A stretch of DNA of 62,723 nt, counting the filler, from Actinomycetota bacterium (GTDB lineage: Bacteria > Actinomycetota > CADDZG01 > JAHWKV01 > JAOPZY01): assembly GCA_025963875.1 (NCBI GenBank). It is 3 parts of 3 records of this genome, joined end to end, with 100 filler letters (N's around TTAATTAATTAA, not from the genome) between each part and the next. Parts side by side here need not be neighbours in the genome. Positions count along the whole stretch, not along the records: positions 1 to 23,847 come from JAOPZY010000143.1; positions 23,948 to 46,643 come from JAOPZY010000165.1; 1 more part is not named here. The stretch is one strand, 5' to 3'. The translations under genes were made by a program, and so were the position numbers. Shown here piece after piece: positions 20,191 through 29,450 of the stretch. A model generated the notes under the pieces. That model had not been told where the DNA came from, searched no databases, and saw only the letters and a program-made list of their open reading frames with translations. Each line of letters opens with the position of its first letter. Position 1 is the stretch's first letter.

Positions 20191-22932
20191 GTGGTCGACG
20201 ATGCCGACCGCCGAGAGCCGGAACCGTCGCCGCCGGCAACTCGGACACGCAGGCGTAAGGCGGCGACGCCACCTGTAGAACCCGAAGTTCCCGCAGGAGC
20301 AGCACCGCCGGCGGAGACGGCCTCCGCCGAGCCGGCGGTCAAGAAGGCTCCGGCCCGGAAGCGTGCAACGCCGCGCAAAGCGGCGGCCAAGCCCAAGGCC
20401 ACCCCGGCCCCGGTGGGCGAGGAGCCCGTCCCGGCGCCTGTCGCCGAGCCGGCGCCTGTCGCCGAGCCGACCCCGGCGCCTGTCGCCGAAGCGGCCCCGG
20501 ACGCCCCGCCGAAGCGGGTCAGAGCAAAACGCAAGCCCGCGGCCGCGAAGGCGAAGCCGGCTCCCGAAGCCGCGCCCGCACCGCCCGCCGTGGTCGAGGC
20601 CTCGCCCCTTACCGTCGAGGCCCCGCCCCCCGCCGCCGACGTCCCGGCTGGCATGGTGGAGGCCCCGTCCCCTACTGTCGAGGCCCCGCCCCCCATCCGA
20701 TTCCGGAGGTCAGAGCCGGAGCCCGAGCCTGAGCGGGGGCCGGTGTCCCAGAGCGAGGACCGGAGCGAGGAAGACCGAGAGCTTAGCGAGGGCGGAGCAT
20801 CCTCCGAGGCCCGTCGCCGCCGCCGCCGGCGGCGGCGCAAGCCGTCGACCGCTGCGTTGCCCGAAGGTGCCGCTACGGAAAACGGCGATGTGGCAACGGT
20901 CCCGGTGCCCGAGGCCCCACAGCCCGAGACCCGGCAGGCCGAGGTCCCGGAGGGGGACATCGTGGCGGAAGCCCAGGAGGCCCGCCCTGCCCCCAGCCGC
21001 CGTCGCCGTCCGCCCGCTGCCCGGCGAGCGCCCGAGGAGGCGCCGGTCGTTGACGGCCCGACAGGCGAAGCCGCCGGCGCTGGCGTCGAAGCGGCTCCCA
21101 CGACGGAAGCTGGAACCGAGGGCGAGACACCCGAGGTTGCCGCCCCAAGCCGCCGCCGGAGGCGGCGACGCCGGGGCGGAGGAGGCGGCCAGGCGTCGCA
21201 GGCCGGCGAAGGCGAGGCCCCCGAGCCAGGGACCCCCGAGCTCCAGACCGCCGGCGCCGAGAGGCCGGACGGGCAAACCAGAGCTCACAGGACGGTCGCC
21301 GAAGCCGGCCCCGAGCCACAGCCCGGCGGCCCGTCACCGGCGGAAGGTGAGCCGGCGCCCGGCCCCCGCCGCCGCCGGCGACGCCGGGGGTCCGGCAACG
21401 GTGCCGCGGCCGCCATTGACGGCGAAGCTCCCGCAACGGCGGCGGTGGCCCGACGGCCACCGGAGGAGCCGGCAGAGCCGGTATCCGAGGAGCCCGCAGG
21501 TGAGCCGTCCACCGCCCCGCGCCGCAGGCGGCGCCGGGGTAAGGCGACGGCGGCTCCCGAGCCCGATGCCCTCCCGGCGGCTCCGGCTGCGGTCGTCGAC
21601 GATTCGGCCCCCATCGAGGGACCCGCCGACCGCAAGCGGCCCGCCCGCCGGAGCAGGCGGGGGCGCCCCGAACGTCAGCCCATCCCACCGTCCCGGCCCA
21701 AGACCATGCTCATCACCGTGCGCAAGGAGCGGACGCAGATCGGCGTGATGGAGGAGGGCGAGCTCGTCGAGCACTACGTCGCCTCGCAGCAGGACCACTC
21801 CATCGTCGGCAACATCTACATCGGCCGGGTCCAGAACGTGCTCCCGGGCATGGAGGCCGCCTTCATCAACATCGGCGAGGAGCGCAACGCCGTCATCTAC
21901 GCCGGCGAGGTCACCTTCAGCGAGGACGTCGAAGGACCCAGCCGCCGCATCGAGAAGGTCCTCAAGTCCGGCCAGCCCATCCTGGCCCAGGTCACCAAGG
22001 ACCCCATGGGATCCAAGGGGGCCCGGCTCTCTGCGGAGATCTCGCTGGCCGGCCGGTACGTGGTGCTCGTGCCCGACACCGAGTCGCTCGGTGTCAGCCG
22101 GCGCCTGCCCGACGACGAGCGCACCCGGCTGCGCGAGATCGGCCAGCGGTTGCGCCCTTCCGGCTACGGGCTCATCGTCCGGACGGCCGCCAAGGGGGTG
22201 GGAGAATCCGAGCTCGCCAACGACATCGAGCGCCTCGTCGAGACCTGGCAGGACATTTCCGAGAAGGCCAAGGAATCGCAGCCCCCTTCGCTCATCTACG
22301 CCGAGCCGGAGTTGGTGCTCCGGGCGGTCCGGGACCTGCTGACCGACGACGTGGAGCGGGTGATCATCGACGACGAAGAGGTGTACCGGCAGGTGCGGGA
22401 CTACGTGGTCAACGTCACCCCCTCCCTCATGGAGCGGATGGAGCACTACCGGGGGGACGTCCCGCTCTTCGACGAGTACCACGTCAACGAGCAGATCCGG
22501 AAGGGTCTGGAGCGCCGGGTGGGCCTGCCCTCGGGTGGCCACCTCGTCATCGACCGGACCGAGGCCATGACCATCATCGACGTCAACACCGGGCGCTTCG
22601 TCGGGAAGTCCAACCTGGAAGAGACCGTCGTGAAGACCAACCTGGAGGCCGCCAACGAAGTCGCCAAACAGCTCCGCCTCCGGGATATCGGGGGCATCAT
22701 CGTCATCGACTTCATCGATATGCTCCTCGAACGCAACCGCGAGGAACTGGTCCGGGAGTTCAGGGCGGCCCTCGCCCGGGACAAGACGAGGACCCAGGTC
22801 TATGGTGTCTCGGAGCTCGGGCTGGTGCAGATGACCCGGAAACGGGTGTCGGAGGGCCTGCTGGAGGCATTCTCCGAGGTGTGTCCGACATGTGAGGGCC
22901 GGGGCATCATCCTCCTGGACGTGGAAGCCTGA
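20191..22932 (+). CDS. rne: ribonuclease E/G family with long disordered N-terminal extension
   Basis: GNIYIGRV..VLPGMEAAF, IDVNTG, RLRDIGGIIVIDFIDM, CPTC; ~500 aa P/A/E-rich N-terminus with Arg tracts. Confidence 0.93.
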   Translation: MVDDADRREPEPSPPATRTRRRKAATPPVEPEVPAGAAPPAETASAEPAVKKAPARKRATPRKAAAKPKATPAPVGEEPVPAPVAEPAPVAEPTPAPVAEAAPDAPPKRVRAKRKPAAAKAKPAPEAAPAPPAVVEASPLTVEAPPPAADVPAGMVEAPSPTVEAPPPIRFRRSEPEPEPERGPVSQSEDRSEEDRELSEGGASSEARRRRRRRRRKPSTAALPEGAATENGDVATVPVPEAPQPETRQAEVPEGDIVAEAQEARPAPSRRRRPPAARRAPEEAPVVDGPTGEAAGAGVEAAPTTEAGTEGETPEVAAPSRRRRRRRRGGGGGQASQAGEGEAPEPGTPELQTAGAERPDGQTRAHRTVAEAGPEPQPGGPSPAEGEPAPGPRRRRRRRGSGNGAAAAIDGEAPATAAVARRPPEEPAEPVSEEPAGEPSTAPRRRRRRGKATAAPEPDALPAAPAAVVDDSAPIEGPADRKRPARRSRRGRPERQPIPPSRPKTMLITVRKERTQIGVMEEGELVEHYVASQQDHSIVGNIYIGRVQNVLPGMEAAFINIGEERNAVIYAGEVTFSEDVEGPSRRIEKVLKSGQPILAQVTKDPMGSKGARLSAEISLAGRYVVLVPDTESLGVSRRLPDDERTRLREIGQRLRPSGYGLIVRTAAKGVGESELANDIERLVETWQDISEKAKESQPPSLIYAEPELVLRAVRDLLTDDVERVIIDDEEVYRQVRDYVVNVTPSLMERMEHYRGDVPLFDEYHVNEQIRKGLERRVGLPSGGHLVIDRTEAMTIIDVNTGRFVGKSNLEETVVKTNLEAANEVAKQLRLRDIGGIIVIDFIDMLLERNREELVREFRAALARDKTRTQVYGVSELGLVQMTRKRVSEGLLEAFSEVCPTCEGRGIILLDVEA

Positions 22933-23014
22933 CGCCGAACCGCTGGTATCATGCCCTGTCCCGGTTTTTCGAGGGCCCAACCGCGTCTCAAGGAGCGTCA
23001 GGAAGGCGAGAGCG

Positions 23015-23383
23015 ATGTACGCAGTGATACGCACCGGAGGAAAGCAGTACCGGGTCAAGGCCGGGGACGTCCTCGAGATCGAGCACCTGTCCGTGAAGGA
23101 CACCGACGTGACCTTCACGCCGATCCTGGTGTCCACCGACGACGGCCGCACCCTGCACGGCCGCGAGGCGGGCGAGTTCGCCGTGAGCGCGAAGATGCTC
23201 GGCGATGCCAAGGGCGACAAGGTGATCGTCTTCAAGTACAAGAACAAGACCGGCTACACCAACCGGACCGGCCACCGCCAGCTCTACTCCCTGATCGAGA
23301 TCACCTCGATCGGCGACGGTGGCGCCCAGCCGGAGGCACCGGCGGAGCCGGAGCCGGCGGCGGAGCCCGACCTGGTAGTTTAG
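23015..23383 (+). CDS. rplU: 50S ribosomal protein bL21
   Basis: [18 protein letters not shown]. Confidence 0.96.
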   Translation: MYAVIRTGGKQYRVKAGDVLEIEHLSVKDTDVTFTPILVSTDDGRTLHGREAGEFAVSAKMLGDAKGDKVIVFKYKNKTGYTNRTGHRQLYSLIEITSIGDGGAQPEAPAEPEPAAEPDLVV

Positions 23384-23391
23384 GAGTCGAC

Positions 23392-23640
23392 ATGGCACAC
23401 AAAAAAGGCGCAGCAGCCTCCCGCAACGGCCGTGACTCCAAGGCACAACGCCTCGGGGTCAAGGTCTTCGGTGGCCAACTCGTGAAGGGCGGCGCCATCC
23501 TGGTCCGCCAGCGCGGCACGCGCATCCACCCGGGCCTCGGCGTGGGCCTTGGCCGCGACGACACCCTGTTCGCCATCACGCCGGGCAAGGTGCGCTACCA
23601 CGAGCGCCGGGGCCGGCACTTCGTCGCCATCGACGCCTAA
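23392..23640 (+). CDS. rpmA: 50S ribosomal protein bL27
   Basis: MAHKKG..SRNGRDS..RLGVK, RQRGT. Confidence 0.97.
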   Translation: MAHKKGAAASRNGRDSKAQRLGVKVFGGQLVKGGAILVRQRGTRIHPGLGVGLGRDDTLFAITPGKVRYHERRGRHFVAIDA

Positions 23641-23847
23641 GCGCGGCCCGAATTACACCGTTTCTGACGGGCTTTCGGCCTCCTCGCGGCGCGCAACTCC
23701 TGATGTTTGCACCAGATAACTGCGGATAGCAGGCTTTCCGCACATCTGAAACGAGATTTCTGCGCCGAGGTCAGGACGTTGCACCGGTGTAGGCGGCCGG
23801 TGAGATGCCGAGGAGTCCCAAGACCTCGCGCTGGAGGGCCGAGAACT

Positions 23848-23947
23848 NNNNNNNNNNNNNNNNNNNNNNNNNNNNNNNNNNNNNNNNNNNNTTAATTAAT
23901 TAANNNNNNNNNNNNNNNNNNNNNNNNNNNNNNNNNNNNNNNNNNNN
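23848..23947. other. artificial contig linker (N-TTAATTAATTAA-N)
   Basis: N runs around a six-frame stop spacer; identical to 46644-46743. Confidence 0.97.
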
Positions 23948-24319
23948 AGGGGCCCGTGGGCGTGGTGTACCCGGGTTTGCGCGATCCCGTCGGGGGAGCG
24001 TTCGCGGGTGAGGCTAGGGTGTTGGGACATTGTCTGTCTCCTTGGCTGGTGGGGGGATTGCAGAGCAGGTGCTACTCAGTTCCGGGGCGAGGCCTCCGGA
24101 GGGCTTCTCCCGGGGGGTGGCCCGTTGGACCTGACGGGGGGGTCGATTGTCTGTCTCATGGTCGGCCCTTCTTCACGCTCGATCCGGTTGGTCGTCGAGG
24201 CTTGGACCATCTGCTACCCACGAGATTGAGCCAGAGCGGTCCGGGGATCTGCCCGGCTGGCGCCCGTCCCGGCCCCCCGCTAGCCGGAATTCGTTCTCCC
24301 CGGCCAACGGGACCGAAAC

Positions 24320-24381
24320 CCCTGGTCCGAACTTGGGAGCGAATCGCGCGCATGCGCGCGCTAGGCTCCCAACCTCCTCCT
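24320..24381. repeat. 62-bp palindromic dispersed repeat, copy 2
   Basis: near-identical to 13487-13548; overlaps the YoaK stop codon. Confidence 0.9.
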
Positions 24382-25095
24382 GCGGCGGGTCAGAGCGAGA
24401 GAGAGGACAACGGTGCCGGCGACCAGCGCGACGGGGAAGAACGGTGTCCACGACGGTGCGAAATGGAGGATCAGTGCGCCGATGACGGCGCCGGCAAGGA
24501 GTGAGAGCAACCGGACCAGGCCGGTTCCGCCAGTACCGATCAGGTGTGGATCGGTGGCGACGGCGCGCATGAAGTTGGTGAGCGTTCCCGTCATATACGT
24601 GGTCGACGCGTCGTGCACCCCGGTGCTCAACGTCACCGCACTTTGCACGCCCATCGCAGCGGCGGCGAGTACGAGCAGAGCGATCGCCTGACCGGTGCCC
24701 GGGGAACCGTCCGTGATCAGCCATCCGACGAGGACGCCGACCAGCAGGAACAGTTCGAACGATGCCACGAGAGAGGTGCGGAGGCGCCAACCGGGCAGCG
24801 AGCCGCGGAGGGCCACCGTCCCCATCGCCACACCGGCGGCATAGCTTGCCACCGAGCTCGAGGTGCTGACGGCCAGCTGCCGGTTTGGGATGGCGAGACT
24901 TCGGCCAAGCTGAACCACATTGCCGGTGACCACGCTGGCGAAGGGCCCACCGAGCCTGGACACCGCCATGATGTCCACGCACCCCGCAGCTGCGGCGAGG
25001 ACCACGAGCAGACGGATCACCACCCGCCCCGGGAGGGCGCCACCGCCTAGGCCCACATCCGGCTTGCCTTGCTCGCCTCGGATCTCCGTCGACAT
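24361..25095 (-). CDS. YoaK/DUF1275 family membrane protein
   Basis: AGCVD, FASVVTGN, AMGVQ, STTYMTGTL; SD AAGGAGG. Confidence 0.9.
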   Translation of the reverse strand: MSTEIRGEQGKPDVGLGGGALPGRVVIRLLVVLAAAAGCVDIMAVSRLGGPFASVVTGNVVQLGRSLAIPNRQLAVSTSSSVASYAAGVAMGTVALRGSLPGWRLRTSLVASFELFLLVGVLVGWLITDGSPGTGQAIALLVLAAAAMGVQSAVTLSTGVHDASTTYMTGTLTNFMRAVATDPHLIGTGGTGLVRLLSLLAGAVIGALILHFAPSWTPFFPVALVAGTVVLSLALTRRRRRLGA

Positions 25096-25132
25096 TCCGG
25101 GCCTCCTTCCGGAGGTTACGGTCGACGGCCCG

Positions 25133-26296
25133 CTACGCAACGATGATGGGCTTGTCCTTGCACAGACCGGCGATCGTCTCTCGATCCAGGTTCAGGTGCT
25201 CCCGCACCATCTCCGGGGGCATGAGCGCCATCCACTGGCGCAGCGAGAAGTCGGCGAAGTAGTCGCTGCGGAACATCTCCAGGAAGCGGACCGGTTCGTC
25301 GCCCGTGTTCTCGATGTAGTGCCCCATCGCGAACGGCACGTAGCCGACGTCGCCCGCCTGGTAGTCGAAGGTCCGCGCCTTGCCACCGGACGCGAACACC
25401 GTCATGCGCCCCTTCCCCGAGATCCAGTACTGCCACTCGTCGTTGTTGGGGTGCCAGTGCAGCTCGCGCATGGCGCCCGGGTCGAGCTCCACGAGGGCCG
25501 CGGCGATGGTGTTTGCGGCAGGGAAGTTGGACGAGTCGGTGATACGGACGCGCCCTCCCGGCACCTCGATGGGTACCTGAGCCAGCATGCGGTGGCTCAT
25601 GGGAATGGGCACCGGGCCAGCGGGTGAGCGCACCGCATCCGAAGCCAGCGGGCCGGGCAACGTCCCGTTGAAGATGTAGCGCTCGTGATCGATGACGCCC
25701 GCGTCTGGAATGTTGTCGAAGGCGGCCTCGGGGACGCCGAAGTTCTTGGCCAGCACCTCGCGAGGAGTATGGGCGAACCAGTCGGTGATGAGGAAGGTCT
25801 CGTTCTCCGAGAAGTTGCCGTCGTCGAACACCAGCAGAAACTCGCAACCCTCCTCCAGCGCCTGGATGGCGTGGGGGATGCCCGCCCGGAAGTTCCACAA
25901 GTCGCCATAGCTGAGATCGTCGGTGAAAATGCGTCCCTGCGTGTCGATGGCGGAGATGCGCACGCTCCCGGCGAGCATGAAGGCCCACTCGGCCTCCTTG
26001 TGCCAGTGCAGCTCGCGGTAGGCACCGGGCTTCAGGCGCATGTCCACTCCGGCCAGCGTCGTGGAGACCGGCAGCTCGCGCGCCGTCACCTCCCGCGCCC
26101 AGCCGCCCGGGAGGATCCGGTTGCGGGCAGCGGCAAAGGAGAACTTGAGGTTGGGGACTGTGCCCGAGTCGGTGTACGGCGAGGCCACCTGATCGGGGTT
26201 CTCGAGCTCGAGGGGGATATTGCGCGGCCCCAGGATGGTGGCCCCCTCATCGCCGCGAACTGTCTGCACCACTTCGTTGTTGCCACTCGCTGTCAT
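25133..26296 (-). CDS. oxdC: oxalate decarboxylase family bicupin
   Basis: GGWARE, two RELHWH Mn motifs, lid FSENET retaining the Glu that favours decarboxylase activity. Confidence 0.92.
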   Translation of the reverse strand: MTASGNNEVVQTVRGDEGATILGPRNIPLELENPDQVASPYTDSGTVPNLKFSFAAARNRILPGGWAREVTARELPVSTTLAGVDMRLKPGAYRELHWHKEAEWAFMLAGSVRISAIDTQGRIFTDDLSYGDLWNFRAGIPHAIQALEEGCEFLLVFDDGNFSENETFLITDWFAHTPREVLAKNFGVPEAAFDNIPDAGVIDHERYIFNGTLPGPLASDAVRSPAGPVPIPMSHRMLAQVPIEVPGGRVRITDSSNFPAANTIAAALVELDPGAMRELHWHPNNDEWQYWISGKGRMTVFASGGKARTFDYQAGDVGYVPFAMGHYIENTGDEPVRFLEMFRSDYFADFSLRQWMALMPPEMVREHLNLDRETIAGLCKDKPIIVA

Positions 26297-26451
26297 GACC
26301 ACCCTCCCTCTGTTTGTCAGATGACGTGCAGCTACCTCCGACAATGGGGGCAGACGGTTCGGGTGTCTTCACGGCTGGCATCCATTCCCTCCTCCTGCCA
26401 GCAGGAGGGTGCAGGACGCTCAGGAACAGGCGGGCAACGAGACGAGCTCCG

Positions 26452-26841
26452 TCAGCAGACGTCGGCGTTGGCTTCGTCCCAAGGAGGTACGGGGCAGAGG
26501 GGGGCAGGTACCTCGTCGAAGTGGCAGCCTTGCGGCCCTGCAAGGCTCCGGGTCAGGAGGTCCACCGTCGTGCGCAGCGCCGTGGAATTGAGGCGCGAGG
26601 AGCCCTCGCTCAGCTCCACCCGGAGCGCTACGAGCAATGCGGCCACCGCCGTGGCATCCACTCTGAAGGGGCCAGTCAGTTCGGCCCCGGGGCCGGCACG
26701 CTCCAAGACCACCAGGACGTCCTCCGCAACGGTGAACACCGCGCCCGGGCCCGCAACGATGTTGCCGATCTCCACCCTCGGATGCCCGTCGGAGAGGATG
26801 CTGACGCGGGACACCTGGCGCCGTGCCAGTTCGGTCTTCAT
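26452..26841 (-). CDS. hypothetical protein
   Basis: 129-aa ATG ORF filling the gap, co-oriented with neighbours; no motif recognised. Confidence 0.4.
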   Translation of the reverse strand: MKTELARRQVSRVSILSDGHPRVEIGNIVAGPGAVFTVAEDVLVVLERAGPGAELTGPFRVDATAVAALLVALRVELSEGSSRLNSTALRTTVDLLTRSLAGPQGCHFDEVPAPLCPVPPWDEANADVC

Positions 26842-27018
26842 GTCGGGGACAACCCCTTATCTATTGCGCATGGATACGGGCATCTGCAGTGACTGGGCTC
26901 CCCCGGTCAGGGCCCGACGTCACGTTGTTCTCCTCCGCCCCGGGAAGGACAAAGAGTTAGGAACCTCACGAACATTACAATCGCGCCGCAACTCCGGCTT
27001 TGCAAGACCTGGCAGGCC

Positions 27019-27921
27019 TTAGAAGACCGGGCCGTAGCGTTGGTTGTTGGTCGCAACGATGACGTAGCAAGATCCCCCGATGGTCGCCGCATCCTGTTGC
27101 TCCTGCGCGGTGGTGGGGGGCTCGAGGTGGTGTGCGGTGCGGTTGGCGAAGAACGACTTGCCGTTGGCGCCGCCCCGGTAGGGGGCACTGCCGCAGGTGA
27201 TGATTGCGCCGTCCGGCTGCAGCTGCCAGGCGCCGCCGGCAGGGCAGTCCAGATCCGCGCAGATGGTCAGCTGAAGCGGGGGATTGAACACGTGTCCTCC
27301 TTGGATTGTCGTTTGGGGCGCTCCCCACATGCCGTCGAGATTGAACGCCGTGTCGAGGTCCACCTTGACGCCGCCGATGGTGGTTGCACCTCCCTGTGCC
27401 GCCGGAACCTGCACGACGTCGGCGAAGGGGAAGCCACCGCCCTGCCACGACGTGGCGTTGGTGGCCCAGGTGCCCGACACGAGGCGTCGATCGTGCATTG
27501 CCTGGCAGACAGCCCCGTCCGCGTAGACGCCGGTTGGGTGGGGGGCCACGGCCTGTGCGAACCCCTGAGCGTACGCGGCGATTGAGTCGAGATCGCCCGG
27601 GCCCGCGTCCGTGTCGACGGTCCACCATGCCCGGACTTCCTGAGGGATCCCGAGACGGTCCGCCTGGCTCTTCCAGTCCTGCCCGTGAGCCTGCCCGGCG
27701 CTGAAGCTGCTGAGGGCTTCGCGAGCGGCACCCTCCCATACCGGCATGATGGAGATCCCGGCGTCGAGGTAGCTCCTGGCCTCATCCGCGGTGAGGTTCT
27801 TGAACCTGCCGTCGTTGCCCAACGAGTCGGCCAGGTAACGGGCGACGAACCCTATCCCCGCCGTGCGCAGCGCATCCGCTCCCGGGCGGCCCCCCGCGAA
27901 GTCACATCCTTTAACTGTCAT
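27019..27921 (-). CDS. DUF1906 (Rv2525c-like) glycoside hydrolase, putative peptidoglycan hydrolase
   Basis: GCDF, FVARYL, KNLT..EA, PVWE, VDTD, GVY, VDLD; C-terminal W.L.PDG.I...G.APY.G segment. Confidence 0.82.
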   Translation of the reverse strand: MTVKGCDFAGGRPGADALRTAGIGFVARYLADSLGNDGRFKNLTADEARSYLDAGISIMPVWEGAAREALSSFSAGQAHGQDWKSQADRLGIPQEVRAWWTVDTDAGPGDLDSIAAYAQGFAQAVAPHPTGVYADGAVCQAMHDRRLVSGTWATNATSWQGGGFPFADVVQVPAAQGGATTIGGVKVDLDTAFNLDGMWGAPQTTIQGGHVFNPPLQLTICADLDCPAGGAWQLQPDGAIITCGSAPYRGGANGKSFFANRTAHHLEPPTTAQEQQDAATIGGSCYVIVATNNQRYGPVF

Positions 27922-28239
27922 GAGTCCCCTCTCTCTCACGGAGAGCCCCGCAGACGACGGACTGCACCGTTTCGGTCCGAAGGTCTGGTCGGTCGCTCTC
28001 GACTCTGGTGTGTCTTGTCAGAGGGATGAGAGGGTACGGTGATACACGACTTTGCTTGTCGCTGCCAGACACGCCGGGCGGGCGCCAGGCCGACGTGAGT
28101 CCGAAATCGCGCGTATCCGCGCGAAGAGCGACCAGCCAAGGCGACCACTTCCGACATTGCTCGCTCTTCTCCAAGTTTTTACGAGTTGGTAACCGGGCTG
28201 AAATCACGGCCACCTAGTCTGGCTGACACAAGACGATGG

Positions 28240-28272
28240 AAAAAGCCCGCCAGGAGGGGCCGGGCTAATTTT
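28240..28272. terminator. hairpin with flanking A/T tracts, best as a minus-strand terminator
   Basis: AAAAAGCCCG...CGGGCTAATTTT. Confidence 0.5.
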
Positions 28273-28346
28273 GTGCTTTCGTAACGTCGCTGCCTCCCCG
28301 GGCAAGCGGCACACCTTGTACGAACTAGCCAGAAGGAGGAGGCCAT

Positions 28347-29450
28347 ATGGTGCAGCGATCCCGGGTAAGGACGAAGCCCGACCCGAAGGCGACCACCACC
28401 GCCCAGACTGAGGGCGCCCTCGTTACTCCCGGCTTCCACCCGCTCGCCGACTTCGCCAATTTCGGTCCCAGTGAGGCCGAGATGCTGCTGGAGGGCGGCA
28501 CCGATCTCGAGGTCTTCACCAGGGCCATCGCCGACTCGGTCTGCGGATACCTTGTCCCGCGCCTTCCTCGCCTGGTCAGCGGCGCCACCGTGGACAAGGA
28601 TGTCGTCGAGGAATGGCTGACCCGCAGCTCCACCGGACCCTTCGACGAGGACTTCGCGAATTACATCCGGGGCCTCACCCATGTCGGAGGCGGGACGACG
28701 TTTCCCGGCATGTCCGTGCCGTTGCCGCCCCAAATGGTCATCGGCCTCATCGCCTGGCTGGAGGGGGAGATCCTCGCCTACCTCGGTGACGTGAGCGACA
28801 CGATCACGCTGTCCGGAGTCGGCGGGATCTGGATGGATCAGCTCATGCTCCAGTTGGGGATCATGCTCGAGCCGGTCCTGGGCTCGCCCAACGGCCCGCG
28901 GGACTACAGCCGGGGTCACAACGCCGAGCTTCATCCCTACGCCGACCTCGCCGGTTTCGGTATGGCGGAGGGCCGCACGCTCGGGGAGACCGGCGCTCTG
29001 CTGGAACCGGCGGGCAACGGTGTGATCTCCCTGGCGTACGGCTACCTCCTCAGCCGGCCGGAGTCGGCTGGCTACTTCCAGGACCCCGAGCACCTTGCGA
29101 TGCGCAAGTCGACCCTGAAGGGATGGTGGACTCGCACCGCCGCGGATCCCTTCGAAACCCAAGGGAACTTCGGCGACTACATGCGCAAGGTTGCCAACGC
29201 CCACGTCAAGGGAGGCGGCGCCGATCCCCACCAGGAAATCCCCGCGCAGCTCACCATCGCCCTGATGGGCTGGGTGGAGATGCGCGTCATGACCGCGCTC
29301 AACACCATCTCCTACGACCCCGCAGGTGACGCGACCTTTGGGGAGCTCGGCGACCCAGGTGTCCTGGCCGATGTGGGCAAGGCCTGGATAAAGATGCTCA
29401 CTCTGCAACTGGGGGTGTTGATCGACCCCTACCTGAAGGATTCCGCCTAA
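28347..29450 (+). CDS. tandem (di-domain) protoglobin-like protein, paralog A
   Basis: C-terminal domain has protoglobin hallmarks (AYGY, YF, W..RT, DY..KV..AH, IP....IA, AW.K...LQ...DPY); N-terminal half is a degenerate repeat; SD GGAGGAGG. Confidence 0.8.
   Translation: MVQRSRVRTKPDPKATTTAQTEGALVTPGFHPLADFANFGPSEAEMLLEGGTDLEVFTRAIADSVCGYLVPRLPRLVSGATVDKDVVEEWLTRSSTGPFDEDFANYIRGLTHVGGGTTFPGMSVPLPPQMVIGLIAWLEGEILAYLGDVSDTITLSGVGGIWMDQLMLQLGIMLEPVLGSPNGPRDYSRGHNAELHPYADLAGFGMAEGRTLGETGALLEPAGNGVISLAYGYLLSRPESAGYFQDPEHLAMRKSTLKGWWTRTAADPFETQGNFGDYMRKVANAHVKGGGADPHQEIPAQLTIALMGWVEMRVMTALNTISYDPAGDATFGELGDPGVLADVGKAWIKMLTLQLGVLIDPYLKDSA

Noticed and set aside
23848..23947. TTAATTAATTAA within N runs (also 46644-46743)
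   Set aside because: Artificial six-frame-stop contig joiner; genes on either side cannot be treated as neighbours
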